A stretch of DNA of 64,000 nt, taken from Epithemia pelagica (taxonomy: Eukaryota; Protista; Bacillariophyta). Shown here piece after piece: positions 32,720-43,096 of the stretch. Location: the NCBI GenBank assembly GCA_946965045.2, contig OX337237.1, positions 2,976,001 through 3,040,000 of the forward strand, written 5' to 3'. The notes below the pieces were generated by a model, which searched no databases, was not told the origin of the DNA, and saw only the letters and a program-made list of their open reading frames with translations. Each line of letters starts with the position of its first letter. The stretch's first letter is position 1. The translations under genes were made by a program, and so were the position numbers.

Positions 32720-35700
32720 ATGTCAATGACCAAGCCCAACGAAATTACAGTTCCAACCTTCATGTGCGAGTTAGACTCACATGCCGACACATGTTGTCTT
32801 GGCCGAGGCTGTCACGTTCTGTATCAGACTGACACTGCCGATGTCAGTGGTTTCACGGAAACACTGGGAAAATTGAATGAGACTCCAGTCATCACGGGTG
32901 TCCTTGCCTATGATGACCCTGAGAGCGGAGCAACCTTCTTGCTCTACTTCCACCAAGCGCTGTACCTCCCTCAAATGGATCGTTGTCTTTTAAATCCCAA
33001 TCAGATGAGAGAGGCCGGTGTTATGGTCAATGACGTCCCTTTGAAGTTTCTACCATCGACAGAACGAAATGAGAGGGCTCATGCGATCGTAGCTAAAGAC
33101 TCTGAGGAAAAGGAACTTGTGATCCCAATGGACTTGCGTGGGATCATCAGTCAGTTCAAAGTAAGAAAGCCGACCGCACACGAGATCGAGAATATGGACT
33201 CGTGCTATCGGATCGATATGACCAACGCAACACCCGAATGGCGACCGAATGACTCAGCAGCAGAATATGATGCTGACGAAAGAAAGCTTCGGGATGCGAT
33301 TGTTCATGACACCATCGTAGAGAAACCTTCAAGGGATCTGCAAGTTGACTCCCTTTATTCTGTGAGAAGAATCAATGGGCGCACCATCACCATTGCCAAG
33401 ACCACGCATACTCGAAAGGGGACAGTGCAGCCACAAGATTTAGCCACACGATGGAATATTGGACTCAAGACAGCGGAGCGCACCTTTGAAGAAACAACGC
33501 AGCTCGGAGTGCGTGACTTCAATGAACATGGTGGCTCTAAGCGTCTGAGACACACTGCCTACCAACTTCGGCACCGCCGTCTGCGGGCGGACGTATATAC
33601 CGATACCTTATTTGCCGAAACAAAATCATTGGACCAACATACATGCGGTCAAATCTTTGCTACCGACTTTGGATGGGTGCATTTCGTCCCAATGCGCAAG
33701 CGAAGTGAAGCACCATCCACTCTGCCTCCTCTCTTTGACGAATATGGCATATTCAACCATATTGTCCCCGACAACGCCCCAGAGCTCACCTCTTTGGAGT
33801 TCAAGCGCGTTGCATCAAAGTATGGGTGTCGTCTCAAACCAGTGGAAGCTTGGACCCCCAATCAAAACCTCGCCGAGGCTAATATACGCGAGTTGAAACG
33901 AATCTATCGGCGAGAGATGCGTCAAAGCAATGCGCCAGCCGTGTTATGGGACCATTGCCTTATGCTAGTGGCAGAGAGAAGATCACATACATCGCAAGCA
34001 AATGGGAATCCGCCTCCAATTCAAATCCTTACTGGCGATACTCCCGATATATCACACTTGATCGAACACAAATGGTACGATTTTGTATGGTACAGCAATC
34101 CCGGGTTTGAGGGACGAAAGCTTGGGAGATGGCTCGGCCCCAGCCATTCTGTCGGTCAGGCCATGTGTGCCAAAATACTGACGGAGAAGGGCAAGATCGT
34201 ACATCGAACGTCCGTCTGGCCCATTACCAGGGCAATGCAAAACGACGAGGCCTTTCGAGAGCAACGTGAACAGTTCACATCGACTCTTGGAGAAGCACTT
34301 GGTGCGAGAATGGCAGGTATCCCTGCTGAAGACGACGATGAGCCCAAGGAGGCTGATACCCCTCTATATGAGCCATACGAAGACGATGAGCAAGCTGATG
34401 TCTCCATGCCAGAAGCTGATCATTATGCTCCGGATTCCTATGACAAATTGATAAGCGCGAAAGTCATGCTCCCCTTAGGGGATAATAAGCGAAAGGGGAC
34501 TGTCAAACGTCGGAAACGAGATGCCGACGGTAAAGTGATTGGTACAGCGTCGAGCAATCCGTTGCTTGATACAAGCCTGTACGAAGTGGAATTCGACGAC
34601 GGACATACGCAAGCATATGCCGCCAACATTATTGCTGAAAGCATTTGTGAGCAACTAGACGAGGAAGGGAATCGATATCGCATAATCGACGACATTCTCG
34701 ACCACAAGAAAGACGCCAGCGCAATCCCAATCTCTGATGGAGAATTTGTGCTGAACGGACGAACACATAAAAAGAAGACAACGAGAGGATGGTTCCTCTG
34801 TATCCAATGGAAGGATGGGTCCACCAGCTGGGAACGGCTAAAGGACTTGAAGGAATCCTATCCACTGGAATTGGCCCAATACGCTGTCGCAAATAAGCTG
34901 GACAAGGAACCAGCCTTCAACTGGTGGGTACCTTTCACCATCAAGCGCAGTAAACGACTGATCAAGGCCGTCTCCAGTAGCAAACGGTACATGCGTACAT
35001 GGCAGAAGTACGGAGTAGAGGTACCGAAGACTGTGGAACGGGCTCTTGAGATCGACAGAGAGACCGGAACAGATTATTGGAGGAAGGCCTTGCAACTGGA
35101 AATGTCCAAGATCTTTCCTTGTATGAAGATTCTTGAGGAAGGCTCTTCCACCCCCATTGGCTACCAAACTATCCCGTGCCATATCGTCTTTGACGTTAAA
35201 ATGGACTTTACACGGAAGGCTCGGTATGTAGCTGGGGGACATAAGACGTCCGAACCAGAAGCTCCAACCTATGCAAGCGTTGTGAGCAGGGATAGTGTGC
35301 GTATTGGCTTCTTGATGGCAGCCTTGAATGGTCTTGACGTGCTAACCGCGGACATTGCCGGTGCCTACTTAAATGCACCATGTCTCGAGAAGGTATGCAC
35401 GGTTTGCGGATTGGAATTTGGTCCAGAATACAAAGGTCGTATAGCCATTATTACCAGGGCTCTTTATGGCTTAAAGACAAGCGCTTATGCATGGCGCGAG
35501 CTGTTATCAACGACATTACAGACAGATCTCGGATACAAGCCTTGCAGAGCTGATCCAGACGTCTATATCCGACCCTCCACCAAGGCTGATGGCATGCGAT
35601 ATTACGAAATGCTTTTTGTCTATACGGATGATATTTTGGTGGTGTCGCATAAGCCGCAAGAGACGCTTACTATGCTGGATCATCACTACCTATTGAAGCC

Positions 35701-36700
35701 TGATTCCATTGGAATACCGAAGATCTATCTCGGTAATCAAGTCGAACAATATGACATAAACAATGATGCGAGTCAACGGTGCTGGGCCCTTAGTTCGAAC
35801 AAATATGCCAAGGCCGCTATCCAAAACGTATCAGACTGGTTGGAAGAACGCGGGCGAAAGTTGAAAACACGAGTATCAACCGTTTTGCCAAGTGGCTATC
35901 GCCCAGAAATGGACGTAAGTCCGTATTGTGACGATGAACTCCTGTCCTTTTATCAACAACAACTTGGAGTACTACGCTGGTTGGTTGAATTGGGACGCAT
36001 CGACATCACAACAGAAGTTTCGATGCTTGCTGCCTTTCTAGCAGGACCAAGAGAAGGACACGTGGAGGCAATGCTGCACCTCTTCGCGTACCTAAAATTT
36101 CACGATCGTTCTCGATTGGTATTGGACCCGTCGTACATTGAGCACGGGGACGAACCCATGGGGGATTGGACAGCATTCTACCCCAATGCGAAGGAAGAAG
36201 TTCCATTAGACGCACCAGAGCCATTGGGCAACCCTCTACAAATGACTTGTTTCGTTGACTCCGATCACGCCGGCGACTTACTAACGCGACGATCCAGAAC
36301 TGGAGTTCTTATCTATCTAAATCGGTCACCCATATTGTGGTACAGCAAGAAGCAGACCAGTGTGGAGACTTCTACTTTTGGTTCTGAGTTCATGGCCCTC
36401 AAAGTGGGCATCGAAATGTTACGAGGTCTACGTTATAAACTACGAATGATGGGAATACCACTCGATGGACACGCACATGTCCGTTGTGATAACATGTCAG
36501 TAGTTTCCAATAGCTCGAAGCCAGAATCAACGTTGAAGAAGAAGTCGAATGCAGTTGCATACCATTACGTTCGAGAAAATGTGGCAAATGGAGTGTGTCG
36601 TATTGCCTATGAGCCATCCACAACTAATTTGGCTGATCTCTTGACAAAGGTCCAAACAGGACCGGAACGAACAAGACTTGCTGGAATGATCTTGTTTTGA
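32720..36700 (+). CDS. pol: Copia Pol: protease, integrase, chromo-like module, reverse transcriptase, RNase H
   Basis: PR ELDSHADTCC; INT YTDTLF..PDNAPE..AEANIRE; RT FDVKMDFTRKARYVAGG and YTDDIL; RH FVDSDHAGD..STFGSEF..CDNMSV..ADLLTK. Confidence 0.95.
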   Translation: MSMTKPNEITVPTFMCELDSHADTCCLGRGCHVLYQTDTADVSGFTETLGKLNETPVITGVLAYDDPESGATFLLYFHQALYLPQMDRCLLNPNQMREAGVMVNDVPLKFLPSTERNERAHAIVAKDSEEKELVIPMDLRGIISQFKVRKPTAHEIENMDSCYRIDMTNATPEWRPNDSAAEYDADERKLRDAIVHDTIVEKPSRDLQVDSLYSVRRINGRTITIAKTTHTRKGTVQPQDLATRWNIGLKTAERTFEETTQLGVRDFNEHGGSKRLRHTAYQLRHRRLRADVYTDTLFAETKSLDQHTCGQIFATDFGWVHFVPMRKRSEAPSTLPPLFDEYGIFNHIVPDNAPELTSLEFKRVASKYGCRLKPVEAWTPNQNLAEANIRELKRIYRREMRQSNAPAVLWDHCLMLVAERRSHTSQANGNPPPIQILTGDTPDISHLIEHKWYDFVWYSNPGFEGRKLGRWLGPSHSVGQAMCAKILTEKGKIVHRTSVWPITRAMQNDEAFREQREQFTSTLGEALGARMAGIPAEDDDEPKEADTPLYEPYEDDEQADVSMPEADHYAPDSYDKLISAKVMLPLGDNKRKGTVKRRKRDADGKVIGTASSNPLLDTSLYEVEFDDGHTQAYAANIIAESICEQLDEEGNRYRIIDDILDHKKDASAIPISDGEFVLNGRTHKKKTTRGWFLCIQWKDGSTSWERLKDLKESYPLELAQYAVANKLDKEPAFNWWVPFTIKRSKRLIKAVSSSKRYMRTWQKYGVEVPKTVERALEIDRETGTDYWRKALQLEMSKIFPCMKILEEGSSTPIGYQTIPCHIVFDVKMDFTRKARYVAGGHKTSEPEAPTYASVVSRDSVRIGFLMAALNGLDVLTADIAGAYLNAPCLEKVCTVCGLEFGPEYKGRIAIITRALYGLKTSAYAWRELLSTTLQTDLGYKPCRADPDVYIRPSTKADGMRYYEMLFVYTDDILVVSHKPQETLTMLDHHYLLKPDSIGIPKIYLGNQVEQYDINNDASQRCWALSSNKYAKAAIQNVSDWLEERGRKLKTRVSTVLPSGYRPEMDVSPYCDDELLSFYQQQLGVLRWLVELGRIDITTEVSMLAAFLAGPREGHVEAMLHLFAYLKFHDRSRLVLDPSYIEHGDEPMGDWTAFYPNAKEEVPLDAPEPLGNPLQMTCFVDSDHAGDLLTRRSRTGVLIYLNRSPILWYSKKQTSVETSTFGSEFMALKVGIEMLRGLRYKLRMMGIPLDGHAHVRCDNMSVVSNSSKPESTLKKKSNAVAYHYVRENVANGVCRIAYEPSTTNLADLLTKVQTGPERTRLAGMILF

Positions 36701-36830
36701 GTACGTTTCCCGCCGCCTGGAAAGGGTCAGGGTACGTCCTGCACTCATATGAGTCTCTAAAAGCAGGTTTATGTTGCACGAAGAAATGAGTGATGGAAGA
36801 TGCACAATTCACTCGAAGATCATAGCGAAC

Positions 36831-36848
36831 GAGAAATTGTGAGGGGAC
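36831..36848 (+). other. Polypurine tract of the Copia element
   Basis: gagaaattgtgaggggac immediately precedes the 3' LTR. Confidence 0.6.
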
Positions 36849-36961
36849 CAAGAAGCGCGACCGATATTGAGCGAATTTTAAGCGAATAGCTAACCCCATG
36901 AGGGGCAACCGGTCTAGGTCTCACTTGTAGAATTTTACTCTGTAAACGATGGCGTAATTTG
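36849..36961 (+). repeat. 3' LTR
   Basis: 112/113 identical to the 5' LTR; followed by TSD ataa. Confidence 0.92.
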
Positions 36962-37157
36962 ATAATTTCGAACGAAATCCAATTTTCAGACATTCCTTCA
37001 ACGGATGGGGCATATATGCTGTTGGTCTTGATCTCTGGTAGGCCCTCATACGCATCGTTTTCCTCTCTCTTTCTCGTTCTGCCACAAAATTCAGAAAACC
37101 AATCCCCAAGCAACTGGTTGCCTCTCTTGCTCTCGTCTTTGGCAACGTTTCGACACC

Positions 37158-37766
37158 ATGAAGTCTCCTCCTCCTCCTCCTCCTCCTCCTCGTTCGTGCC
37201 GTTTGTCTTTGTCGCCCTCGAGGTTGAACAGTGTTGCTGCTTGGTTGGTCCTGGTGCTATTCTCTTGGACCACCGCCGACACTACTCTCATGGTGGTACA
37301 AGCACAAGGTGTCAAGTACATGTTGAGGCAACGAGTCAAGCTCCCAATGGAGGATGCACCGTAGGATGACTTGCCTACTGTCGACACTTTGTCGTCCAAA
37401 GTACGAGATCTCAAAGTACCCAAGAGCCCCAAAACTCCAAAGAGTCCAAAAACTCCAAAGAGTCCAAAAACTCCAAAGAGTCCAAAAACTCCAAAGAGTC
37501 CAAAAACTCCAAAGAGTCCAAAAACTCCAAAGAGTCCAAAAACTCCAAAGAGTCCAAAAACTCCAAAGAGTCCAAAAACTCCAAAGCGTCCAAAAACTCC
37601 AAAGAGTCCAAAAACTCCAAAGAGTCCAAAAACTCCAAAGAGCCCAAAAACTCCAAAGAGCCCAAAAACTCCAAAGAGTCCAAAAACTCCAAAGAGTCCA
37701 AAAACTCCAAAGAGCCCCAAAACTCCAAAGAGCCCCAAAACTCCAAAGAGCCCCAAAAGAAACTAA
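37158..37766 (+). pseudogene. Secreted (SPKTPK)n protein B1 with premature TAG at 37362-37364
   Basis: Signal-like segment and pro-region homologous to A1. TAG stands where copy B2 has TTG. After the RDL site come 18 units of an 18-bp repeat encoding SPKTPK. Confidence 0.75.
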
Positions 37767-39029
37767 TACTCAATAAGGTTGGCCATTCATGGACAATGGT
37801 CGGCAAACACGGTAAACACACAACGCGACTCCAAAAGAGAACAGCAGAGTGGTGTTCCTCTCGTCGCAGATCAGCCCGTTACTCTAGAGGTAGTAACATG
37901 TTGCAAGTAGTGCTGTGGAAAAAAGGACTCTAGGGGTAGGTCTCCATTGTCATTGTTGTCATCAGTTTCGTGATATTTCCGTAGTATGGTGTGAATCGCA
38001 GCAACCTCCACAGCATTTACTTTTTTTTTCTCTCTCTCTTTTTCGAAGCTCCAGCTAGTAGATTGTATTTGTACATATTGTCGCTGGAGCAGCAGCGACC
38101 GGGACTCTATCTCCAAAAGTAACGTATAACGTGTTATATCCTTGTCAAAGGACACTTGGATCGACGCAGACATTCCAGCAACAACTAACAAGAACCTATT
38201 GGAATAGGTAGTAGATAGAGGTACTCCAAGCTAGATGAGAAAGAGAAGAATATCATAGTAGTTCGAGAGCAGAGACAACAGACTATGAATGCTCTGCTGT
38301 GCTGCCCATCTGTATAAATCTCTCCATCTTTCGACCCCTCTATCAATCTGTCCAAGGAGTCTCCGACAACCACCGACAAGAAGAGAGAGGATATATCCAA
38401 CCAGCAATAACAACGAGAGAATCCATCCATCCATCCATCCAATGATGGGATTTGTACAGGGGTGCTGCTGTTCCAGGACGACATGAGCATTCCCTTTGAT
38501 TCTTGTGGTGTGTGTTTCGTGTATGGCTGTCATTTTGTGACGCTCTCCGTTGTGGTAGAACTCTCTAGGTAGATCGCACTCTACTCGGATCCCTAGGCTA
38601 TTCCAACCAAGCAACCAGCCAACCTACTAACTCCATACCAGACTGTGTAGGTAGTTCGTCTCACATTTTTATACTACAGTAGGAATTTATTGTACGACCG
38701 GGAAGTAGTGTTCAGGGTTTTCGTGCGGGCCGCGCGGTTTCCTACCTGGTGTGTGACATTTGTGTGACACATGTGTGACAACTGTATGACACGTCTTCGA
38801 GGAAGTTCTCACTACAATACCTACACAGCTTGATAGGGAGTAAGCAAATTACTTCCCTGTGTCTGGCCGTCCTCCCGATGCCCGACAAGACAATTGCCCG
38901 TCAAGTCATTCTCCCGACAAGCCGGGCGGTCCCTCCTTGAAAGGACTCGACACCGGGAAGTAATTATACTACTATACGAAGGGTCCGTGGTTCGGGAAAC
39001 AAACGATCTACCAGAAGGGGATGCCACAA

Positions 39030-40625
39030 CAAAACAAAACACCATTCTCGTGACATTTTGCTGCTGCTTCACCACCCCGCAGTCTGTTGTTGTTGTTGTG
39101 ACACACGACGAGAGCAGAGAACAAGACACATTCACACACAAACACATGAGCAACAAGCAAACGGAAAACGAAAACGAGCAATGGCGAGTGGGCGAGCACA
39201 TGAACAAACAAACCAACAAACGAGCACGGACGAGTGCATGTGAAGGAGGGGGCAAACAGTACCAGCAAACACAGGACTGGAATGGAGACTCGTAAGCCGC
39301 CACAAAAATAGTACTCCAATCGTGGTCACCAAGGTCGCATGTCGGAACAACGCACTCTTGTGCCATAGAACGTACGACGACTCGTGGGTGAGAGCCAACC
39401 GACCAACCAACCACAACAACATGAAGTAAAAAAGGATCCCGATGCTGTCAAACCCGTTCCAAACAACGAAGAAGACCAAGACCCCAATGAGAGCAGACTG
39501 CCCAACAACACAAAAGGGCGCCGGGGACCCGTCTCATGTCCCACGGATTGTTACTCTTTGTTCTGGAGCATTCTTGGTTGTTGTGGGAACGCACACGCCA
39601 CGACGCGGTCCCTTTTTCACGTATTGTAGTAAAATATGGTGTGTGTCAATTTTTGTTTGCGGGACGGGCTGAATGTGAGAGCAGTTTCGGATCCTTCTCA
39701 CATGTCGGGTGAGTTCTCGTTCCACACACCAATCATGATTGTTGTGTTGAGTGGAAAGGTGATGCCAAACAATCTCCGATTTCCACGAAAGACGATTTGG
39801 TCCGTCACTCGTCACTCTCCATCTATTCTCTATAATAGTGTTGTCGTCGTCGTTGGCGTCATTGTGTTTTTCCGTTGTGGTGGCCGAGGTGTACCTCTTG
39901 TCGTTTGTTGTTGTTGTTGTTGTTGTTGTGGAACGTGAGACGACGTAAACAAGGATCCGAAAACGCTCCGGCATCCAGTGTCGGTCCCGCAAACAAACGA
40001 AAACTCACACAACGCCCCATAATACTACGAGAAACGGGAACCCTCCGTGACGTTGGCGTTCCCACAACCAGCAAGAATCCACACAAAGTACATGTGACCC
40101 CTCGACACGAGACGGGTCCCCCCGCCCCCGGCGGACCCACGGGAATGCACATTCGGTTTGGCAGTTCTCGTTGTGGTCATGGTCTTCTTCTTCTTCTTGG
40201 TTTGGTGCACGAAATCAACGGGTTTGACAGCATCTGGATCCTTTTTTACTTTTCGTTGGTTGTTGCTGGTTTGTTGGTTGGCTCTCGCCCACAAGTCGTC
40301 GAACGTTTCATGGCAACCGAGTACGTTCCGACTTGAGACCTCCTTTGTGACCAAGATCATTGGAGTCCTTTTTTGTGGTGGATGAAAAGAGTTTTCAGCT
40401 TGGTCCAGTGGTTGCTACCTAGTATACTGTTGGTCCCCTCCTCCACACATGTGCCCGTTCTTTCTTGCCGGTTGGTTGGTTGGTTGGTTCCTTTGCTCGC
40501 CCGCTCGAAATGGTTTGTGTTCGGTTTCGGTTTCGTTTTGTTGGTCGGTCCTGTGTGCTTTTTGGTGTGTGTGTGTGTGTGGGAATGTGTGCGTGTCGGT
40601 GTGTTCTCTCTTGTTATCGTGTGTC

Positions 40626-40662
<37 letters not shown>

Positions 40663-40700
40663 ACTACAGAGACGACGACTATTCGTACGGAGAGAGAGAG
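39030..40700. repeat. Degenerate non-coding inverted repeat (~600-bp arms, ~400-bp spacer); second copy at about 45555-47200
   Basis: gtaaaaaaggatcc(c/a)gatgctgtcaaacccgtt, gagacgggtcccc and tgacacacga..gagaaca occur at 39030-39620 and as reverse complements at 40030-40700. Confidence 0.7.
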
Positions 40701-41516
40701 AGTCTCCCGCATTGCCAGCACACGAACCACAGACACCCCATCTCACCATTGAGAGAATGCTCCTGTCCTGGTAGAGTGGCGTCGTATTCCTATTCGTATT
40801 GGGGGAGCCACAGCAGCATCCCTGTCCCAAATCTCTCTTAAACGAGGATGGAGGAGGAAACGGTTGGATTCTCTGGTTGCGGTTGTTGTGGTTGGTGGTG
40901 GTAGTTGGATCTATTAATATAGATCCTCTCTTGTGTCCCTGGAATGAGCCCTATCATAGTATAGCAGAGGTTGTCTACGAGGATGATAGTAGAGAGTCTT
41001 GTCTGTTGCATGGACGTCTTGTCTGTTGCATGGACTCCCCTAGTAGAGCTTGAGAAGTACCCTCGACACCCCCTATCTTGGCGGAGTACTCCTCTCTATA
41101 GCTAGTAGTAGAGGTATTATTTGCCCATAGATAGAGCGTTTGGCGAGCGCCGATTTTGCGTTTTGCGGGCGCGGCATCCAAGCGCGCACGCCTCTGCGGT
41201 TCCGAGACACCATGAGAGAAAATGAGAGGCATCCACATTTTGCGCCACACACCAAGAGACTACACACACTCTATATAGAATCAATAGAGAATCGAACGAG
41301 TCCTTCCTCTGGTATTGAGTGTGTGTGTGTGTGTGTGTTTCTCTAGAGAGAGAGAGAGACTGGAACCAACGAGAGACCAAGACGTTTGGTGGTTTGGTCT
41401 ACCTCGTCGTCTTTTGTTTCGTAGGGCGTCCAAGCCAAGGCAAACCACCGAAACCAGTCGCCACCCCACGACACTCTCCTCCTCCTCCTCCTCCGTATCA
41501 TACCGCACCAATCAGA

Positions 41517-42320
41517 ATGGTTCCTCGTCGTCGTACGACGCTATCGCACGAACCAACAACCACAACAGCGACAAGTCGTCACGACAGTGGCACGGCTGGA
41601 CCCAACCTCCCCATTGGTTCGTCGTTGTCGTTGTCGTCGTCGTTGTCGTCGTCGGCTTCTTCTCGCTGGTGGAATGCACAAATGACTCGACGCTCGACGA
41701 AACGACGAATTCCACGGATCGGGGCGTGGATGGCCTTGGTGGTGGTGTGTGGAATACAATGGTACGGGGTGACACAAGTCGTATGGTTCCTGGAGAATGA
41801 TACGACAACTAGTAGTACGACGACGACGCTTGTTCGGCCCAGGCCCCGTTCCAAGCAACCACCTTCGTGGACCCGCAGCGCCGTCATGTCTCGTGCTCCA
41901 CCCCATTCACAATCACAATCACAACCACAGGCGGTTTCCTTCTCCGATTCTCATCCTCATCCATTGACGGGCCTACTAGCCAACAACACCAACCACAACA
42001 CCAACCACATGACACGACGAATTCGTCTCGTCTATTGGAATGGACGAGAAGAATCGTGGTTCGACGATCCATCAGAGGAATCCTCCTCGACCCGTTCACC
42101 ACCAGGGTCCAACGACTGGTCCATCTGGGAATCCTTGTCACAACGACTCGTGTCCCAGGACGTGACGGTCGAACGGGGAGGTTCCACAAGGACAACAACG
42201 AAAAGCAGTCTCCACCACCACGTGTCGTTGTCGTCCGGGGAGCGCCGTACCACCACCAACACCACCACGACCAACTCCGTCGGTATCGTCCATCGTCGTT
42301 ATCCCCCAAGACAGACATGA
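41517..42320 (+). pseudogene. 5' fragment of the CgeB/GT1-like gene, cut by the duplication junction at 42272/42273
   Basis: Matches the first ~250 codons of 48066-50450, then runs into the start of duplication copy 2 and stops. Confidence 0.85.
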
Positions 42321-42379
42321 ACAGAGGCCTCTCCGATCTGAAAATGAGAACAACACACAACTTCTGGTACTCTTTTACA

Positions 42380-43096
42380 CTATAGGCCTCGCACAACAAA
42401 GGGGTCTGGGGGGGAGGTGCCACCACCCCCTGTCGCCGTGGGAGGTGTCGCCGTGGGAGGCGTCGGGGTGGGAGCCTTTGGGCTTTTGGGGGTCTTTGTG
42501 CTTTTGGGAGTCTTTGTGCTTTTGGGAGTCTTTGTGCTTTTGGGAGTCTTTGGGCTTGTCGGTGTGGGAGGTGTCGGTGTGGGAGGTGTCGGCGGGCGGG
42601 GAGGCGGTGTGAAAGGCGTTGGTGTGGGAGGTGTCGGCGGGCGGGGAGGCGGTGTGAAAGGCGTTGGTGTGGGAGGTGTCGGCGGGCGGGGAGGCGGTGT
42701 GAAAGGCGTTGGTGTGGGAGGTGTCGGCGTCGATGCCGTAGCCGTAGAACCTTTTGGGCTTTTGGGAGTCTTTGGGCTTTTGGTAGTCTTGGGGCTTTTC
42801 GGAGTTTTGGGGGTTTTAGGACTCTTGGATTTTTTGAGACGTCGTACTTTGCCGGTGGACGACGATGTATTTGGGAGGTCTTCCAATTCCGACAGGGCAT
42901 CAATGGGAAGCTTGATTCGTTGCCTCAAGAAATAGCTAGTATCTTGTGCTTGGGCCAGCATCACGTGAATATTGTTGTTGCTGTTGTTGTGATTAGTGTC
43001 GTGGGACCACGACAATAGCACCAGTACCAACCAAACTGCAAGACGGTTCAATCTGCAGGGCGTTAAAGACAAATGGTACGAACGACGAAACTTCAT
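42380..43096 (-). CDS. Secreted Lys/Pro/Thr-rich repeat protein A2
   Basis: Near-identical N-terminus to A1, RRL site, KXXK block, three 15-aa TPPTPTPFTPPPRPP units, same C-terminus. Confidence 0.75.
   Translation of the reverse strand: MKFRRSYHLSLTPCRLNRLAVWLVLVLLSWSHDTNHNNSNNNIHVMLAQAQDTSYFLRQRIKLPIDALSELEDLPNTSSSTGKVRRLKKSKSPKTPKTPKSPKTTKSPKTPKSPKGSTATASTPTPPTPTPFTPPPRPPTPPTPTPFTPPPRPPTPPTPTPFTPPPRPPTPPTPTPPTPTSPKTPKSTKTPKSTKTPKSTKTPKSPKAPTPTPPTATPPTATGGGGTSPPDPFVVRGL

Larger units (their letters stand above)
30798..36961 (+). mobile_element. Complete Ty1/Copia LTR retrotransposon (diatom CoDi-type), 6,164 bp
   Basis: 113-bp LTRs with one mismatch. TSD ATAA at 30794-30797 and 36962-36965, confirmed by the empty paralogous site at 44044-44047. 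Order gag, PR, INT, RT, RH. Purine tract before the 3' LTR. Confidence 0.95.
28877..42272. repeat. Tandem segmental duplication, copy 1 (about 7.2 kb plus the 6.2-kb Copia insertion)
   Basis: Collinear with 42273-48840. Both copies start aactccgtcggtatcgtccatcg. Confidence 0.9.

Noticed and set aside
37420-37760. 18-bp tandem array as a CRISPR or telomere-like repeat
   Set aside because: There are no spacers; the unit is a multiple of 3 and encodes SPKTPK in frame with a signal-bearing gene.
38630-38966. 337-bp segment present only in duplicate copy 1, flanked by TACTA, as a MITE
   Set aside because: No terminal inverted repeats; a microhomology-mediated deletion in copy 2 explains it equally well.
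38800-41500. Many 60-200-aa ORFs rich in C, V, T, Q or N
   Set aside because: Products of AAC/GT/CT microsatellites; disrupted differently in the duplicate copy.
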